Made by a program: the position numbers and the translations under genes
Source of the DNA: Selaginella moellendorffii
Lineage: Eukaryota > Plantae > Lycopodiophyta
Length of the DNA stretch: 64,000 nt
Assembly (NCBI RefSeq): GCF_000143415.4
Contig: NW_003314265.1
Coordinates: 16,850 to 80,849 of the forward strand
Reading direction: 5' to 3'
In this document: piece after piece, positions 11,414 to 24,177 of the stretch
Position numbering within the stretch: position 1 is the first letter of the stretch
Layout: each line of letters begins with the position of its first letter
The notes under the pieces: model-generated
The model's database searches: none
Seen by the model: the letters and a program-made list of their open reading frames with translations, nothing else
What the model was told of the DNA's origin: nothing

Positions 11414-14400
11414 TCACATAAAGTACGTCAGTGTCGCCTTCTTCCGAGTGCCCCCTTCACCGTACTGCTCGTTCCATTGCTGCAACTCTCCCATGATACC
11501 AGCATCCGAGGACACGCTTGATCGAACCTGTGACGAAGAAAGCTCTTGAAAACCATTCCAAATCGAAACCTTCTCACCTTCTCCATTGCGTGCCGCATGT
11601 CAGCCATTGAGATTGGACGAATGTAGGGCGTGACTCCGGTTGGAGCTGCCGGCTTCTCAACCCCTTGGGCTTTCGCTTTCTCCATCTCCTGCAACCAAAC
11701 AATCCCTTTTAGCGCGAGCTTGCTCTAAACACCACTTACCTTCTTTTCTTGTTCCAAGAGTTCTCGTATCCGGATGTAGGCCGCCGTTGTGCACAGATTC
11801 TACACGCCAAAGGAAACAACTCAAATTCCTGACAAACTTTGATTTAGACTACGAGCTCACTTTCAAATCGCTCCCGGAATACCCATCTGCCGCCGCTGCC
11901 ACTTCCTCCATGTTAAAATCGGGGGAAAGATCCTCGTCACTAAGTATAACTTTGAGAATTTTCGCACGGTTCTCGGCATCAGGAACATCAATCATCAACC
12001 TGAAAAAAATCGTCAAGCCGATGTTTACAATTGTATTAGATTTACCTTCGCGGAAATCTCCGTATGACAGCTTCATCCAGATCGAATGGACGATTTGTTG
12101 CTGCCAGTACAATGACCCTTTCCTTCTCACGCGTTCTTAATCCGTCCCAGCTAGCCATGAATTCGTTCTTCAGCTTCCGCATGGCTGAATGCTCGTGGTC
12201 TTTACCTCTTCTACCCAACATGCTATCAACCTGTAGAGAAACATACATCAAATGTAACAAACATCCGATTGCATACCTCGTCAATGAACACCACGCTTGG
12301 CGAGATTTTGCTGGCCAAAGTAAATACTGCCTTGACATATTTCTCCGCCTCACCAAACCACTGCGAAGAAAGAAAACGGTAAACTTGAACACTATCACGT
12401 GGTAAGTGCTTACTTTAGATGCAATTGTGGACATTGAAATATTGATGAAATTTGCACCAGCCTCTGTAGCAACCGCCTTAGCAAGCATGGTCTTACCAGT
12501 TCCTGGAGGACCAAATAAGAGTAGGCCCCTACAAGGCTGCCATATAGATTCGTTAGACAAAGAAAAAAAGCAAATAACAAACACACAGACCTTCGTAAGT
12601 TGGCCTTTGACGAATAACTCTGGCCGTTGTAATGGAAGCATCACCAGCTCGCGTAGGGTCTCTTTCACATTATCCAAAGCACCAATGTGATCAAAAGTTA
12701 CTCTAATCTCATCTGGTGGTATGACTTCGGGCAGTAAAATCTTTTCGAACTCATTGTCACAAACTACATCCTGCAACCCACTATCAGACAATGTCCCCAA
12801 GAAAATCGGGCTTGCCTTGAGAGTCTTTTTACGCTGAGTAGACCCTCTTTGAATTGCTTGGAGCTCTGCTAGACTATGCTCCAAACTGAAGCACCCATTC
12901 AAATACGTGACCAAAAGTACGAGGTTTTATGAAAACATACCTCTCCGCTTTGATGACGATCTTGCCGTTTCGATGTAGAGGCTCTACATGATGCTGTAAA
13001 TGATGGCTAATCCCCCATCCGACCACCTTCTCGGCCACTGTAACAAGACATACAAATTACATTAAAGAATTGACAAGGGCTACCGCTTACTATCATGTGT
13101 CAATAAATGAGTCTGGATGTTGATTGTTGACAAGTCGTTGCACTCAACATTGGATGTGGACATAATCTGGACACATCAATTTAAAATGTGAGTAATCTAG
13201 ATCGGGAGCAACATTACACACAATTCGCAGAAGTTGTCTGTTCGCTTCCGCTTTCAGCCTCTCCGTATCCTGTTCGAGTTGACGATTCCACACGAGTAAC
13301 ATATTTTCATCCTGATCATAAGCTGTTAGTCGGAATATTCGTACACGTTTCTTCATTACCTGTGGTTGCTGCACATATATTTTACTAGGAAACAGTTTAG
13401 CAAGCATCCTAGAGCATTTGGAACCATCTGGTTTATAGTCTTCAGCTCGCGTAGAAAGATGATCCTGCATGTTCCCTGTCAGTAGGTTTGAAATTACGGC
13501 CACGAATCGGAGGGCTCACCAGTAAAGACATATCGAGGAACGCCGTAAAATTGTTACCCATCTTGGAATTCGAATGATATGAACCAGAGCTCCCCTGCTT
13601 GTTTATAAAATTTTAAGAAAGCGTCCGTAATTGGTATAACTCATAAGTACCTTGTCCTTATGGTGGTCAGATGTGTGAGATCCAATGATTACAAGCTTCA
13701 CATCGGCCTTTTCCAATCTTTCCAGCTTCATGTACCGCTCAAAGTTCCCCATTATAGATTTTTCCACGTTTTTAATAAGTAAAATCAACGGCACTTTAGA
13801 AGCTTCCGAAACCAGAACCTGGCCAAAAAACAAACTCCTCAGAACCCATTGTAGATAGATAATTCACGCCGTACCTCAATTAAAGAGTCGAGTATCAGCT
13901 TATCTACGTCCTCTCCAGAAGAATGTTCCAACCGAAGCTCTGAAACTGCACGAGAGATTCGTTGCCAGCTGTCAAGCAAGCAACAAAATAATCCTGAGCA
14001 GAACTAGACTCATGCTTCTAAGTATTGCAGCTATACAAAAGACTCTTGGGATTAACATACTAGGCGGAAATGCCTCATACCGCTGCAAAAGTAGCCGTGT
14101 CCATCCTCGCATAGATCTACCAGATTGTTGCCACCGTAAACTGGTTTATCGAACCGCACGCCAACCTTGCTTGGATTGTCTTCGAGTACTAGCAGCACAC
14201 GTCCTCTCGCCCCAATGGACGGTCCTTTGCTTCTTTACAATACACAAACGTCAGCATTATAGCAGAGAGCACAGGTGGCTTACCCGTTCGAGCTTCCACT
14301 GACTAAAACAGCTAGGCCGGAAGGAGTTGCAGGACACGTAGGGCCAGCGAACTTTACTCGATCGCCTTCACAATATACACGCTATAGAATTATGCGGAAC

Positions 14401-15498
14401 AAACGCGATAGAAATTACCTTTCTTCAACGCTCGTCGTGATGATTCTACCACTTGTGTCGTTGCCCCTCCCGCGCTCATTAGTGATGTCGCCAAATCCTT
14501 TGCCTGATCTTTCGATCTAGAACTCGGTAAAGGTAGCTCGACTGCCTCGGAGGTTTTGGTTCTCGTGGGTGAGCTAACTGATTTCGGTGGCTTGCTGTTC
14601 TCTTGGGGTACAGTATCGAGTATAGATGGCGGAGCCACGCCGTTGACACCATCCTGCAGCACCTGACAAGAATAAACACCATGAAAAATTACACGAACAG
14701 AAGAACAGCGAACCTCTTTCGTATCCACATTTTCACCATCTACAATTTGAATGGTCACCTCATCACTTTCCACGGTCTCCTCCGAGACGCTTACGGGCTC
14801 CGGCGTCAGTTCGTTAGCCTGTGAACAAACTTTCTATGATAGCGCTGCTAAAATTGATGGTACCTCCAAACAAATGCTGGCACTGTCGAAGATAAGCAGG
14901 TTCACCTGGAGCTTCTGAGCCAAAGCCTTGACAAGTGTTTCTTGAAAGATTTCCGAGCCTGGCATGCAATTGAATTAAGTGAAAGTGAAACCAACACGCA
15001 AAGACCTAAACCACGAACCTGGAGGTCCTGTCAACAGTATCCGGGGGCTCACAGACGCTAGCTCCGACGTGAATTTCACAAACTCCGGTCTCTTTAGATA
15101 GACGTAGAGTGAATCCAGCAACGCTGTCTTGGTACTCTCACTGTAAGCAGCACGCATGAGAAGGAAAAACAGAGAAGAAGACCGAGGGCTCACTTGAGAA
15201 AGTATGGAAAATTGTCGAGCTCGACGTCGATATCCTTCCACTCGGCAATTGACTTGCGAATGGCGTCCCTGTAAGCCTTGCCCTCTTTGGGCTTCCCAGA
15301 CAATCTCTTCACCTTGTCCGACTTGTAGCGATGCCGATGCTCACGCAGCTCCCTCTTCCGCTTAGATCTCAGGGCGGCGAAGGCGGCCCCAAAGAGATAC
15401 GGGAACGTCGTAGCCGTCATGGCCGCTGCTGTCCCCGCTGCGAAGCCGCCCGCGACAGCCAGCGCCAGCAAAAGAGCTCGATCCCTACCCGATTCCAT
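11414..15498 (-). CDS. AAA+ ATPase of the plant MSP1/ATAD1-like family (At1g02890/At4g02480-type C-terminus); many exons
   Basis: [30 protein letters not shown], Walker [33 protein letters not shown]-terminal KATLTYFM*; N-terminal hydrophobic segment. Confidence 0.92.
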
Positions 15499-15855
15499 GC
15501 TCGAAGCCACAAAATTTCAGCCAAGCGCGCGACGATCCGCTACGCATTCCCTGCTCGCCATGCCGGAGATGGATACATTCCCGCAGCTCCGTCCCCCCCG
15601 GCGCCCTACTCAAACCCTCCTCTCTCGCTAAAACATTAATAAGCTAAAGCCCATGGAAAAGAAGGGCGAGATTAGAGCCGTCGGATGAAGCTCACCGCAA
15701 CAACGGCCGCGATTAATCACGGTTTGGCGCTTCATTTCTCCGTCGGATGGACGGTATCGTACGGCTGACAGAAAAGACAAGAACAAGGCTAGGGCTTTTT
15801 TTTTTTTACAGCACGTGTTTGTGATGTGAAAAGAGTGATGATTTGGAAGTTCTTT

Positions 15856-16589
15856 CTATCGATGATCGAGTGATCGAGTGTTTCTCTCGGCTGGGATGGG
15901 ATTCATAGCTTTGATGGCTAATCGATAGCATTCTCTCCAAAATTCTACGCTGCTACTCGTCTCATCATCTAGATTGGTGAGCTCCTCTGCGAGCTCCACG
16001 CCCGAATCCGAGCTGGGATTGGAATTACCCGATGGAGTGTCGGGGCGTCCAGCGCTCGCGGTCGAGGAATCCGTGGCAGCAGCAGCAGCAGCAGCAGCTA
16101 GGGGCAATTGCAGTGGCGCTTGGAATTTGCGCTTCTTGCTCTGGCTCTTCCGCAGGATCGAATACCAGAAGTTCTTGACATCGTTGTCTGTTCTTCCGGG
16201 GAGCGCGGCGGCAATCACGGCCCACCTGTAAAAGCAAGCAACATCCATTCCATTTGCCATGCGCAAGCGTTAAAATCTCTGTACCTGTTGCCCATCAGCG
16301 AGCGTAGCTCCACAATCTTCTTCTTCTCGTCCGCGGTGAAAGGATCCTTGCGAAGATCTGGCCGGAGGTAATTCCTCCACCGTAGCCGGCAGCTCTTCCC
16401 GCAACGCTGGAGCCCTGATCACCAAGAAAGGTGGCTTGAGAACCAGAAAAAAAGCTATGGATATCGATTACCCGTCTCGTTTGGCACGCTACTCCAAAAT
16501 GTAATTCCTTTGGTGATAACATAGTCGAGAAGTATAGAGTCTTCCTCAGGTGACCACAAGACTTTCCTCTTCTCCTTGTGTCTTGCCAT
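15856..16589 (-). CDS. R2R3-MYB transcription factor (3 exons)
   Basis: [20 protein letters not shown]|[28 protein letters not shown]|[21 protein letters not shown], with the usual R2R3 intron positions. Confidence 0.93.
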
Positions 16590-17279
16590 TTCGTGATCAA
16601 CCAAATTGATAATGTGTGGATTTATACCCACCATTGCCCTTCTTGCCCAGCACGTGGGAACCACACGGTTTTTTGTTGAGTCGTCCTTTCTTCTCGAGCA
16701 AAAAAACACGTGTTGTTTACATGAGTTTTACATTACTGAGTTGCAAGAAAATTTAGAAAACACGACTGTCAGAACAACATATAAATAGATAGATAGATTA
16801 GTATGGCGTGCAATTCATGAAAAAGTGAGTGTTACTGTTGCAAATTTCACTCACAATACATTGTCCATATGGCAATTTTCTATTGGTTCGGCATTAAATG
16901 TCATTTGGATGCCTCATGAATACCCCATGGCCTGATAAGTCAATGATGTCCCTATAATATGAACAATGTGCTATATATAGACCACATATCATCAAGTTTG
17001 ACCCCATGACATAAGGATTCATTAGGTCATAGGGTTTAAGAGATGCTTTCTTGCTTGAGCACCCTGCTTTAGTGCTCTATTATTTGGCATGTTTCTTGGT
17101 AGTAGATATAAAAAGTAACTTAGTTTGCTAGTGATTGGTTTCAAATGTTTTTGTGGGCAGTGTTAGAAGTGGCTTTGATTTATTATTAGATTGCTCTCTA
17201 TAAACTTTCAAGTTCCTACCATAAGTATAGTTCCCTCCTTAGTTTACTTCAAATTTGTGTCACTGAAACTTTTTTTTTT

Positions 17280-18430
17280 AGGTTTACTGGAAGACGTGGA
17301 AGAAGATGAAGTGGATGGCCTTCCATCCAATTTTAATGATTTGGACTATAGTTCAAGTGTGGATAGTGACAATAATGCTCTCCCAAAGGTTTGCTTAGTT
17401 TCCAGCCTCCTAAATTCATGATTTGCATGTTTCTAGGCCTTTCATAATTTTTTGCGATCAATGGGATTTAGTAGTCTAGCCACATTTGGCACCTAGATGC
17501 ACATGAAAATCCTCAAGACTAAGACTATTGCTTATCCCACATGCTATTTTAGAATTTCCAAGCCAACACTATACAAATACATGCAACTTGTTGATCCAAA
17601 TTGGAGAGGTGTATTGGAAGAGGTATTTCATCACGTTCGAACTAACAATGCCCTAAATCAAAGTGGCACAAATTGGGGGATTATCAATTCCTGATCTAGC
17701 TGTCGAACTGGAGGATACCGGTTTAGCCGACGCCAAATTGGTGAGGCCTTAGCCACTCACGATCCGACTAGGTTAGAACAAAGGCACATAATAAAGATTT
17801 GATGATAGATTTACAAGAACAAGGAGGTTTATGCACTTTGCCATATGGATTATGAATATTCTTTCATTTTTGCTTTTTAGTCAGCATATGTGGTAACATG
17901 TTTATTGTAGTATATTGCAAGCTTGTAAGCTATGGTTTCTATGTACATGTCATTATTTGCAGGGCAACTCATTATATTGTAGCTTGCAAGCTAACTACCT
18001 CCAAAGAATCCCATGCAATATTCAACACATATGCGTAAATTGTTCGTCGATTTGGAAGGCCTAAGCGCATTCGGACAATGCTCTAAAGCACAATAAGGTT
18101 GAAAGGGACATAGTCTACTGTTGGGGTCTTGCAACTAGGAGCTTCATATGTGAGACATCAACACGTAACTAGGTACTCACAACATTAAAGTTTTTTCGAA
18201 TAAGGACTAAATCAAATTTGTTTTGCAACACATAAAGTGTTTGTGGAGAGAGCTCTTTGAGCACGTGGTGTGGTTTTATAAGCACATTTTTTGAGTCCAT
18301 GGAAGATATAGAAATTCTTGATGGCACAACTAATTCATGGCACAACTAAAGTCTATGTTGTGTTTTTGCTCTGTACCTCAAGAAGAATATTTCAGTTGCA
18401 ACTTGGAACCTCCATGACGTCTGTCTATTC
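17280..18430 (+). pseudogene. IS3/integrase-like DDE transposase relic with introns
   Basis: HTH-like FRISKPTLYKYM; GYRFSRRQIGEALATHDP..EQR..KI***IYKNKEVYALCHMD; YCKLVSYGFYVHVII; IVRRFGRPKRIRT; RSFICETSTRN*; IKCLWRELFEHV; WNLH. These are colinear with the eukaryotic integrase-core consensus RRxYxxxGPNxLWHxDGxHKLxxYGFxIHGxID...YGxPxRIRxD...RGSFIxGxSxHNQRIERLWRD...WNxH. Confidence 0.85.
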
Positions 18431-19099
18431 AATGTGGTGATTACTTCAGAGTATCTCATGTTCCTGCAAACTTATTTCAACAGATGGAATGAGAGATTGG
18501 GTAAGAATTTTGGTAATGTTATAGAATTTTTTATAAATTGTGTTTTTGTAGGATTATGCCGGCTGTTGGTGGAAAAAAATATTGAAGACCTTCTTGGACC
18601 ATTTCTCTCCAATGTCAAAAGTGCAACTCTATCAGAGGTAATTTTTAGAGCAAGAATATAATAATTTCTTTTAATCTATTTTGTTATGCTTAGTTACCTT
18701 ATAGGCTTTTGACACTGTTTGAAACCAAGCATTTTTAATACATTGGGAGGGACTCAACTTGGACAAGCAATATCTACTTCATTTAGATTTAACAATGGAA
18801 TGTGCAATCGCTAATGTTGTGAGTGTAAATCTACCACTTTACATCAAGAGTGTTTTACCTATAGCAACACCAATGAAGCGATGAGCTTTTGAAAAATTAT
18901 ACTTGGCTATACTCAGAGAAAACTAAGTGTTCTTTAGTGTACATTTCAAATTTAAATTCAATTTTTAATTTCCTCAATTTAAAGGTTCCCATGTTCAGGA
19001 TTAGAGTTTACACCAACCATATTAATTGTGCCTTGGATATGGGCAATTTCATTTTATGACATAATTTTGTCGATGGTTTGTTCATTCTTCCAATTGATT

Positions 19100-22000
19100 C
19101 GTATTATCTAACTAAAGGCAAGGCTTCTAGTGCACATTCCCCCGATTGCAAAACCACCGCGAAGCAAGAGCACCACAACTGCGATAGTGGGTAGCTTCTC
19201 CTCGATTAGGTTTGCATAAACAATCCTTTGTGGTTTGTAAGCTCGAAGCAAGAACACCACATGCCTTAACAGTAGTACACACTATGCAAGAAACACCTCA
19301 CGAGCACACACCCAAGAACTCGATGTTCTACAATCGGTACAGCCAACAATTCCACAAGACACACGCCAGCCACTTGATTTCCAAGCTCTGCAGCAGGGAC
19401 ATTAACTCCAACAACATCCCATCCACAGCTCCTGACTGCATTTGAGCAAGTAGAGTGCTACCTAACATTGCATACACTACAATATATGCAAAACCTCTAG
19501 CATGTTTCATTTTCCTTGCCTTCCCTGGAAAGCAACAACCTGAGCATTCAAAATGAGGAAGTTTGGATGCCTTATGCTCATGGTGTTGTCCAATCTGGAA
19601 CGTTGCCACCAACACCAACTACAAGACATACTCACGAAAGCCCATATAGTGCCATTGCTACCAGCCCCGCAAATCCACCAGCCGCTACAACTCTCACAAC
19701 TCCATCTACTAGTACAAGTGCCAGTACCTAACCATCTACCTCATGAAGTAACCAAGCGGTCCAGCTTAGTAAGTTTTTCATTTGTACCTATCTTTTTTCC
19801 ATATGTTTTTTTGCGTAGGGTTGACAATGCTGCCACACCAACGAGCTTATAGTTCCCTATTAGTATTCCACAACTACTCCCAAGGATCGACATCGTCATC
19901 TAGTGCAGCTTCGACATCCAGATATATTCAAATTGACCCTCAAGGTGGGCTACCATATGAGCCACAGGTATAACATGACCCCATGCACTCTTCAAAATTT
20001 TTTTTCTTTAGATTTGTTTGACTTATTGTCATTTCACTATGCTATGGTTACAATGCACACCTATGCTAATAACAATCAGTAGTCTTTATCTTGTCGTCGT
20101 GGACATCATGGCAGTCGATCCAAAGTCATTGGTTGGATGTCATTTATGACACCTTTGGTCCCCTGGCCGTTCACCACAGTTCTTGTCACCAAGTGGATTG
20201 CAATCTTGAAAACTTAGCATGTACACTTGTATAGGCGGAAAAGAGAGCCATCTATGAAGGTGATAGAACTTGACGAGCTAGCAATGGACCTCCCAAAGTG
20301 TCTGATATGGGGTGGCTTATACTCCAGTATTCCTTTCCAACCCGACACGGCTCAACATGTGATTCTACTATCACTCTAAGCCTCAAGAATCTAACTTTCA
20401 TCCATGACCAACCTAGGAGCATTTATCTGGTGTGCAAGGTAGTCCAATGGTGGTGAGGCCCATGCTAAGTCTGCAAAATTTAGCCTCAGCTTTATTCAGC
20501 TTTGCTACTAGCCTCCTCAAACATCATGGGGAGCTATAGCAAACAAGGCTAATGACAACTGGGTAATAGTAATATACTTATACAATATTATGGAGCATTT
20601 TACTGACAAACATTGGCTAAATTATCAAAAGCAAACCTGAGCACTCGATAAGAAGGATATTCGTGAACGTAAGTCATTATTTTTTTAAAGTTCCCTCCTC
20701 ACAAATATATGTTTGGTTTTTGCAGTTGTAGTTGCTACAAATACCTTAACTACAAATGATGATCCCTTGGTGATAGAGCCATTTCTCCCGAGGCTAGCCA
20801 TGTAGGAACCAAACCAAGACGAAAATAATGAAGACGAAGACTTTGCAGATGAAAAAGACATTCTTCCATTACCAAAAGAAACTTTCCCCACACAAGACAA
20901 CATCATTGGAAGGATTGGGGGAGTGTTCTCTTTAAGCTTAGTTTTTCAAAAGCATAGTATGAGGATGTCTTTTGTGATAACACAATCCAGTAGCTCTTTG
21001 TTGAAGGAAGTATTAATATGCCTTCTTCAATTGTTGAGTCCACAATAACATGGTTCATTGAGAAAAGGTACATGTATCTATTTCTTAGCACTTAGTACCA
21101 TTTAATTATTTTGTGCAGAAACCTACGTAGGAATTGGGTAGCTGCACAACAATTGAGAGAACTATTTGACACTGCTAAAACACTGTATTGTAAGTTCTTT
21201 TGTTTTTGCATTGAAAAGGCCATGCTTTGGCCATACAGACTTACTCGTACATGTTTGAGGTCGTCTTGCATTCTAGTAAGCAATGAATTGCCTATGAATT
21301 GGAGTTCCCTCACTTGTCCTTCCAGATTGCACTAAACAATGAATTCAATTGTTTCCAATTCACCTTCAATACTAATCTCCACATATCAAATTACAAAGTG
21401 GTCTATGCATCTAAAATTAGAGGAGCTTTGGTGTGGGAGGAAGCCACAATAGATGTGGGTGGGCCACATGCAAAAGCCATTAAGGAGGTTGTTTGCCAGA
21501 TTTCAAGATCGGTAAGTTTAATTTTCATTTGGCTCACTAGAGTAATTTTGTGTTATAAACGCATGGACTGTTTGTGTTTAGGGAAGGAGTCATGTATTGG
21601 CATCCTAGGATGCCAGTGCATTCTAGGATGTTACAACAAAAAGCATAGAATGTGGTAAGTTAAGTTTAAAGCACAAGTTTTATATACTCCTCATTTCTAT
21701 ATGCATAGGCTATCTTTGTGGGCTAGTTGCTATTCCAAGCATTTAAATGTAATGCATAAGTATCTCGTGGGTGTATAATTGCAACATTAACAATTGTAGC
21801 CAGAGAGGTTCTAAACAAAAATGACTGATGACTTGCCCTAGGAAGACTATATAAGATGGACCTTAAGGCATGTGTGCCACATATCTAAAATGCACTCAAT
21901 CAATTGTGATGTGCATCAAGCCTAAAGGAGGAGGGTGATTGACACAAGTCTGTGGATTCCATCTTAACGAATTTTGCAATTACCAACTACAATGCAGTGC

Positions 22001-22332
22001 TTGAGTCTAGACTCACCAAACTTGGTGAAGGTTATGAGCAGGCTGTGGAGGCATGCATGGCTGCAGTGGTCTAGTATTACCTATTCATTGAACCAAACAT
22101 AGTGGGAGACTTACTTTGAGATGGCTTCCAACACTCAATGCGTATGGAAGCTTATTAGAGGCTTTACAAGAGTCTAGCATTGCTAGGTGGGCTTTCACTC
22201 ATTGGGATAGATGCTTTATTACAAATCGTTCGGGTAAGGATGATCATTCTTCCCACAGAGTTCATCAATTGTCTAATCTTTGATAAGGACTTTGGAGAGA
22301 ACTTCCACAACTGGATTGTGGACATCATCTGA
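19100..22332 (+). pseudogene. Second gene inside the transposon: Q/P-rich region, acidic region and a putative HECT-like domain relic
   Basis: Spliced, decayed coding sequence. YKVVY...EEATIDVGGPHAKAIKEVVCQI (21452-21466 = DxGGP, resembling the HECT N-lobe motif), YLCGLVAIPSI, and terminal MIILPTEF...FHNWIVDII*. Confidence 0.5.
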
Positions 22333-24177
22333 AGTAACTATTTACTTTCACAAACAACTAAAACTCTTGTATGTTTGAATATTTTATAGATATAAGCTCG
22401 AAAGAGTTATCCAAGTTCCATCATTTTGTGATTGATTCTCCAAAGTTTCGACCGAGAGAGCCTATTTAGATCCAAGTTGAAAGACATGGTACATCATCTA
22501 CTCGATTTCCCAGGTTCTTCACATACACACGAAAAGTTTTCTTCCCTTTAACATACCCATCAATGGAGTGGACCAAACACAAGATCCACCAGGCACTCCA
22601 AAATCTAGAGAGTTTATATGGATTGGGCTGATGTTGTGGAAGTATCATAATCTAGACACTTTCACAATAAAAAAGGTAATTTCTTAAAATATGTTTCACA
22701 CTTTGAAAGAGACTCTTTCTAGTTCATTGGCAAAGTTAAAAGTAAGAATATTCAAAATATTCCATAAATGCCCATTATAGGCACTTGTGGCCCTTTTTTG
22801 GCTTATGCTTGCCTCACTAAAGGTAATCACTATAGCTTCCAAAGTAGCTCCCAATTGAGTCAAAACTATTGAGCTTGGATGCTATATAATGCCCATCCTC
22901 GCTTGAGGAATTTTCAACCTGTTTCATGGTAGAACTAAAAGCACCCTCTGGGTCTGTGAATTCGTCTTTGCTTGTATCTCGAGCAGTAACATATCCCTCC
23001 CTGTTACTTTCTTCAACAGGACCTTTCCCCTCAGTGATTGGCACAACATTAGGAGTAGTTTTGGGCTGCCTTGTCAGAAGGATTGTTGAGCCTTGAGAGG
23101 AGGAGGCATTATATAGAATCCTTGGTTCTATCCCTTATTAGATCCATTGTTGTGCCTCAAAGAATTCATAGAATCCTCTTTAGTTTACCATGCCAAGAGG
23201 AAACACAAAAACCTCAAATATTGCAAAAGGGTTAGAGCATATAAGAAATTATCACAAATCTACTCTTACCAAAGTGAGCATAAGTTTCTAATCCTTGAAA
23301 ACTCCAATTCTTTGGCAACATACATTAGATAGTTTTGCCCCATTCTTGGAAACCCTTTTTACAAATTTCAAAATTTAAAATGGTTATGATTGGAAAATGT
23401 TGAAAGTGTCCATTGTTATTTGAATGTTATTGCATGCAATTGCAACTTCCATATTCTCAAATTTCCTTCTGCATGCTCCTCTTGAGAGAACTCCAAGTCT
23501 AAACATTAACATTATGCACTTTTGCGTAATACATAATTGAAATATAAGCCCCACCAATTCATGGAATTGGTTAGACTTCAATTTACTTTTGAGTTATATG
23601 TAAATCTTCTAAGCATCATGGTACAAAACTAAAGTGTTGAGAGAGCTACACTAGAAATCAATGCCAAGGATAAGCTTAATGGGATGCATTAGAGACATGA
23701 TTCTAGACAGTATATATCCATGGCTTTACAATGGAGCTAGATGGAGTTCAATTATGCTTGCTATGAACATTATGTTAAAAGAGATGTGCCAAAAAAGGAT
23801 AATTCAGTTCTTTTGCCATGAGTAAGATGTGAGAACATAGTGCTCTAGATAAAGTAGTATGGTATGCAATTGTCCATTTGGTTTGCAACATTAACAACTT
23901 ATGGGATGAATGGGTCTATGGGCCATGAATGGCTCCATTCCATACATAGCATAGGTCGTTGCTATGGGCATGATGCCCCATCCGGGGCATAAGGATTGGA
24001 TATTTGTAAAATATTCTATGCTTGTGTTTTTTTCACTCATAATACACATGGACCAATAGCAGGCATACACGTAGTGTGAGTGAAATCCATGTAAAATCCA
24101 CCCTTTTACGAATTGCATGCCATAATTAGCTTCTTTATAATCCCCATCCACGCTAGCCAGAAAACGGCGCTGTCGTT

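Larger units (their letters stand above)
16802..24124. mobile_element. Full-length decayed DNA transposon, IS3EU-like, with ~60-bp imperfect TIRs and a 5-bp TSD (ATTAG)
   Basis: Left end attag|TATGGCGTGCAATTCATGAAAAAGTG...ATTTCACTCACAATAC. The reverse complement of the right end is TATGGCATGCAATTCGTAAAAGGGTG...ATTTCACTCACACTAC, and the right end is followed by |attag. Internal integrase-type transposase relic. Confidence 0.85.

Noticed and set aside
16802-24124. Interpreting the element as an LTR retrotransposon, CACTA or GingerRoot
   Set aside because: No LTRs, RT or RNase H seen; ends are TATGG/CCATA rather than CACTA or TGT/ACA.
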